The notes below the pieces were generated by a model. That model was not told the origin of the DNA. It made no database searches and was given only the letters and a program-made list of their open reading frames with translations. Below, piece by piece: positions 59,601 through 64,000 of a DNA stretch of 64,000 nt (position 1 is its first letter; every line of letters starts with the position of its first letter). Source of the stretch: Bilabrum cf. latius (Eukaryota); NCBI GenBank assembly GCA_965178125.1, contig OZ237755.1:310001-374000 (forward strand), given 5' to 3'. The translations under genes and the position numbers were made by a program.

Positions 59601-61609
59601 GGGCGATGCCGGCTTGCTGCCACTGCTTGGCTTCGGAGAGGATGCCTTCTTCCCAGACAAAGGCTTGGGCGATGCCGGCTTGCTGCCACTGCTTGGCTTC
59701 GGGGAGGATGCCTTCTTCCCTGCCGGTGTAGGCGATGCCGGCTTGCTGCCACTGCTTGGCTTCGGGGAGGATGCCTTCTTCCCTGCAGGCTTGGGCGATG
59801 CCGGCTTGCTGCCACTGCTTGGCTTCGGGGAGGATGCCTTCTTCCCTGCAGGCTTGGGCGATGCCGGCTTGCTGCCACTGCTTGGCTTCGGAGAGGGTGC
59901 CTTCTTCCCAGACAAAGGCTTGGGCGATGCCGGCTTGCTGCCACTGCTTGGCTTCGGGGAGGATGCCTTCTTCCCTGCCGGTGTAGGCGATGCCGGCTTG
60001 CTGCCACTGCTTGGCTTCGGGGAGGATGCCTTCTCCCCTGCAGGCTTGGGCGATGCCGGCTTGCTGCCACTGGCGGGTTTCTTTGAGCTTGCACTAGGAT
60101 TTGTGGGCTTCTTATGAGACGCAGGCTTGGCATGGCTGGTAGATGCACTGCTGCCACTGCCTCCACCACCAGCTGATGCCGCTGGAGCGTCGCCTGCGGC
60201 TGCAGTCGGCTTTTTCTTTGGTTTCCCGCTCTCCTTCTTGCCTTCCGGTGAAATTAATGCCTTGCTAGATGCAGCTCGAGCGACTGATTTGTCTCCAAAC
60301 GACAGCTTGACCTTATCTGCGGCGTGTACCTCCAGCTGCAGCGGGTCGCCAGCCTTGCGATGTAGCTCAATCTTGCTACCTCCTCCCGCAGCTGCAATGA
60401 GCCCTCCCATGGACGTCGCGCCCGAGGCCAGCATCTTCGGACGACCCGAGTCAGACCACGTCATCAGCATCAACTTAATATCGCGCGCGTCATCGCCATA
60501 TGTGAGCATCTAGGCGGGTATTTTGATGTTCCAGCGCGGAGAGGTGGTCTGCCTGGCAGGGAGTGATTCCCAAGCCGGCATGTCTGTGCCATCCGAGTCC
60601 TTGCGCATGAAGAGAAGGGTCGTGTCAGGTTTCGAGTAGGAGCTGGGCTTGGGAACGCCGTGGATGGACACGTCAAGGCCGAGGCATCCCGCGGCGGTGA
60701 TGGCCTTGTCCACCACAACTGCAGTGAGCTGAAGAGAGCCGATTCCCGAGCCCCTTGTCTCGTGCACCAGGCCATCCCTGACGGTCAGGCCCGGCATGTT
60801 CAGAGTCTCGTTGAGAGTCATGTGGGCCTCTCCAAGGTACTCCTACTCCTTGACATCGTCACTCGGAGTTTTTCGGTGATAGGCCTGCGGCAAAAGTGGA
60901 CGGCCAATACGAAAAGCGACCCATGGACGGATCAGGCAAGCGCCGATGCATAGCATGCTGAGAAGCTTACAACCAATCGTAAGGCCTATTTTTTCCCTCC
61001 TAGAAATTTCATTTTGATGCCTTCGCTGAAATTGTGGTCAACCGTGCCCCTGCAAACGTTTCAAGGGAGAAAGCAAGCACTAGATAGAAGTGGCGACGGG
61101 CACATCACTAAAGGTTGCCGCAGCGCCTGAGCTCATTCGGCTGCTTCGCTTCATTCGACGCAACTTACTTCGATGCTGTTTCTGTGGTAGCAGCAACTTC
61201 CCATTCCTTGCTTTTCTTCTTGTAGGCCTGCGTAGTATTACAATGGGCGCAGCGAAGCATCGAGCCCTGTCCGGAACACTGTGATTAGGTCTTTGAAACT
61301 AATGGCCCACGCTCTACCTCACCACAACAAAGCATGATTTTCCTTTCTCTATCCCTCGAATCCCAAGCGCGCAGAATATCTGCAAGTACCAAGGGTGTGA
61401 AATTGCAACAACTTGCTGGGTCCTACATACGGTGCATGTCATCCAGCAGATGAACGGAAGTCGCGACACGAACAGTACCCGCCGTGAATATAACCGCAGC
61501 AACATCATTTGCGATCGAATCAGGCATTCATGGTCGTGCTTCGGATCATGAGTCTCACCTTGGCGCCCTTATCAATTTTCCCGGGTTCCGCAACCGCTAC
61601 CGAGGCCAT
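53634..61609 (-). CDS. Giant (~2,500 aa) protein: two copine-like C2 domains, K/P/S repeats, AKADA repeats, C-terminal coiled coil
   Basis: Exons 61559-61609, 61323-61379, 61169-61227, 60971-61049 and 53634-60884, all phase-consistent. About 16 in-frame TAGs. C2A: WEVAATTE..KK-TAG-ALRLVAY..EYLGEA. C2B: SKPD..SPRW..LTYGD..IKL..W..G. TGA 53634. Confidence 0.72.
57781..58850. repeat. 15-bp coding minisatellite, ~70 copies (AKADA/GKADA on the minus strand)
   Basis: gccttggcagcatc(c/g) variants in strict 15-nt phase. Confidence 0.97.
59450..60075. repeat. 63/66-bp coding tandem repeat, ~9 copies (SPKPSSGSKPASPKPAGKKAS)
   Basis: The cgatgcc anchor occurs at 59541, 59604, 59670, 59733, 59796, 59859, 59925, 59988 and 60051. 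Confidence 0.95.
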
Positions 61610-62051
61610 GGCTCGCGACGATCACGCGGTAATCACAGAGTTACACTGTTCTATATCCAAGGGTACAAGTTGCTCGTTCAGACTACGCACAGATCCTGAG
61701 CGCGACCAATGAAATCTCGGGCTCGGACGTTGCGGAGGTTGCAACCGCTTGCCCAACCGATCCACGCAAATCCTGGCACATACCAGGCTGAGAAGTTAGT
61801 GGGATACAGGATCTTGTATTTTTGTGCATCTGACAGTATCGCCGTGGTTCAGCCGTTCTACAATCGCGCAATCTGACTTTGATCCCGAGTGTCGGGCTAC
61901 ACGACTTTCTCGAATCTCGTCGATTACATTGCGGTGAGCAAATTCTGTGTGTTTCCACGGGGTAATTTGTATATTTAATCAATGTTCTCCTATTCCATTG
62001 CATTTCGTCTTATTCTTGTGAGCGCAGTCGTTGTTTGGCGAAACTGCACCC

Positions 62052-64000
62052 ATGGCAGACCGCGAAGGGACCTTGCCCGGACACTGGCAACCTGACAGCT
62101 TGGATCAAGTTGGCGACGATATTGGAGCTCGCAAGTTTAGATTTGAAGCGGTCCAGATGCCAGGTGGACCAACGGCTTCAGATCGACTTCGTGGGTTTGC
62201 AATGGCAACCAAGACAGACTAGGCAGTATCATCCAGGCAAGAGCAAGGGGCTGCTAGCGTGCCATCGCCGGGCCGAGACATGTGGGTCCATGAGAATGGA
62301 AGCAAGGCGAAAGAAAGTCGGCGTGGATCGGCCCATCCGATGCCATAGGCCCCACTTACCTGGGGTGAGGCGTTTGAATAGAATGGCGTCCGATCTGGGG
62401 ATAGCAACGGAGTTCGAAAGCAGCCAACTCGCGCTTTGCCTGAACACGGCACTAAAAGAATGACCCAGGAGTAGAAGCCGCAGTCTTCAAAGCCGCTTAT
62501 GCGCCCGAGTCTCACCGCTAGCCTTCTAGCTAGGGCCGAGGCATCGGGGATGCAGCAGCTGCCGTCCCCCACCTCTGGAGCGATGCGGCTGGAGCAGGCG
62601 CCCCGTGGACCCAACCAGGCCGCCAGTCCTGCGAACTCATTCATTTCAAGACTATCGAGGGGGAATCTGAGCGGCGGGGCACCTGCGTCATTTCTTGAGG
62701 CCGCAGAGCAGAGCGCGATCCGGGATACAAGGTCCTCAGCCAGGCTCGCGACCAGCTCTGGTGGCTCGAATGGCAGCAGCACTCGCACGGCCGGCCCGAA
62801 TAACACGGTCTCCAAAACGCTTAGTGACAGCCAGAGCAGCGGAAGCCCTAGTACTCGGGGGCCCCGCAGACCCAGCGGACCCTTGCCGCAGCATGCAGCC
62901 AAAGCCTCGATTGAGCTGAAGCGCGCGCGATCAGTGGGGCAGATCGTGCTGTCACCATCCCCCGCCGTTGCGCAGCCGCAGCCACCACCACCGGCCCCTG
63001 GCAGGGCATCGGGCGTTTCCTTCTCTCCTGATAGTACGGGGGTCACGGGGGGGGGGCTGTACAGTAGCGCGATTGCAGCTGCCACCGACAACTCGTCGCC
63101 AGCACCTCAGCCACCACCAGCCCCGCCCGCCCCGCCCGCCGCAGGGGACAGCGGCAGCCCGTCATCTCCCAGCCAAACCCGCCAAGAGCCAGGCCGGGCC
63201 TCCATGAGAGAGCGACGCACCGCGCAGATTATCCGTGGTGGCAGCAACGGGTACCGATCAGACACGCCAGAGTCTCCCACCGCTGAAGCAGAGCTGAAAG
63301 CCAAAGCAAAGAAAGCAAAGACCCTGAGCACGCTCCCGCACCTCAGCAGGAAGTTCGAGTCCTCCTTTGTGCCGTCACCATCTGCACAACGGGGCGTGCA
63401 CTGGAGCAGGAGCTCCCCGGAGAGTTCCACTTCCCCGAGCTCTGACAAGGCTTCCCAATCGACGAACCAGAACCGGTAGAGCGGATCCAGGTCGCCTTTT
63501 GCTCTCATGCGAGCTGCTGGTGCCACCGATGGCACCGCAGAATCAGCGCCACGTTCTGTTGAGGATCCAGACAAGCCACCTTCCCTGCAGCAGTACCTTG
63601 CGTAGCTTCGCGGCGATCCGGACGACAGCGATGACCCTGTCAGGGATCTGCGCTTTGAAAGAAAATCAATTGGTCGATCTGAGTTGGGTGGATCACCGTA
63701 GAGGATCAAGCAAGCAGCAGCAGAGGCTATGCGAGGGGCGCAGGAGGCGTCAAGACTCGCTCATTTGGCCTAGAAGCACCGTGAGAAAGGCACAGGGGCT
63801 GGAGGCATTGCGGATGACCTGCAGATGACTACATAGCACGGTCGGTTGCCCGATCACCGGATGCTGCACCCGAGCCCTGGGCACAAGCATGCAGGGACCG
63901 ATGATAGCGATAGCGAGGATGGCACAGGGTAGGGTGGTGCAAATCCATACGACCGAGTTGATATGGAACAAGAAGGCACTGGGCAAAGGGCATACCGCAG
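62052..64000 (+). CDS. Unknown Ser/Pro-rich disordered protein (3'-truncated by the window)
   Basis: A single frame from ATG 62052 to the window end, interrupted only by TAG (62220, 62346, 62379, 62472, 63477, 63603, 63699, 63771, 63834, 63930). Confidence 0.65.

Noticed and set aside
1-64000. Mass pseudogenisation or sequencing error as the cause of broken ORFs
   Set aside because: The interruptions are essentially all TAG, with no frameshifts other than canonical introns, and catalytic motifs are intact in essential genes.
1-64000. Pyrrolysine, or the ciliate code (UAR=Gln)
   Set aside because: The genes are eukaryotic and intron-containing, TAG aligns with Gln in unrelated families, no internal TAA was found, and TAA ends two genes.
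1-64000. Mobile elements, rRNA or tRNA genes (including a suppressor tRNA-CUA)
   Set aside because: No transposase/RT motifs, terminal repeats or cloverleaf structures were recognised in this window.

Overview
Gene-dense, GC-rich eukaryotic (protist-like) nuclear DNA with about 22 protein-coding genes, short GT-AG introns clustered near gene 5' ends, and intergenic gaps often of only 100-250 bp. The ORF track is fragmented because the genome appears to use a non-standard genetic code. About 80 in-frame TAG codons (hand count) interrupt otherwise intact genes: GCN1, LIS1, an MCT-type transporter, a cytochrome P450, glycosidases and a C2-domain giant protein. Several TAGs fall on family-conserved Gln positions. 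I found no internal in-frame TAA, and genes end in TGA or occasionally TAA. The best reading is UAG=Gln with UAA/UGA as stops, a rare decoupling of UAA and UAG. A Selenoprotein H-like gene has two tandem Rdx domains, each with a CxxU (TGA) motif, plus a 3' SECIS hairpin. Other oddities are a DUF4139-like protein with an internal ubiquitin ending LRGA, a ~2,500-aa double-C2/repeat protein, a ~4,000-aa GCN1 and a run of glycosidase genes. Family calls come from motif recognition, not database searches.
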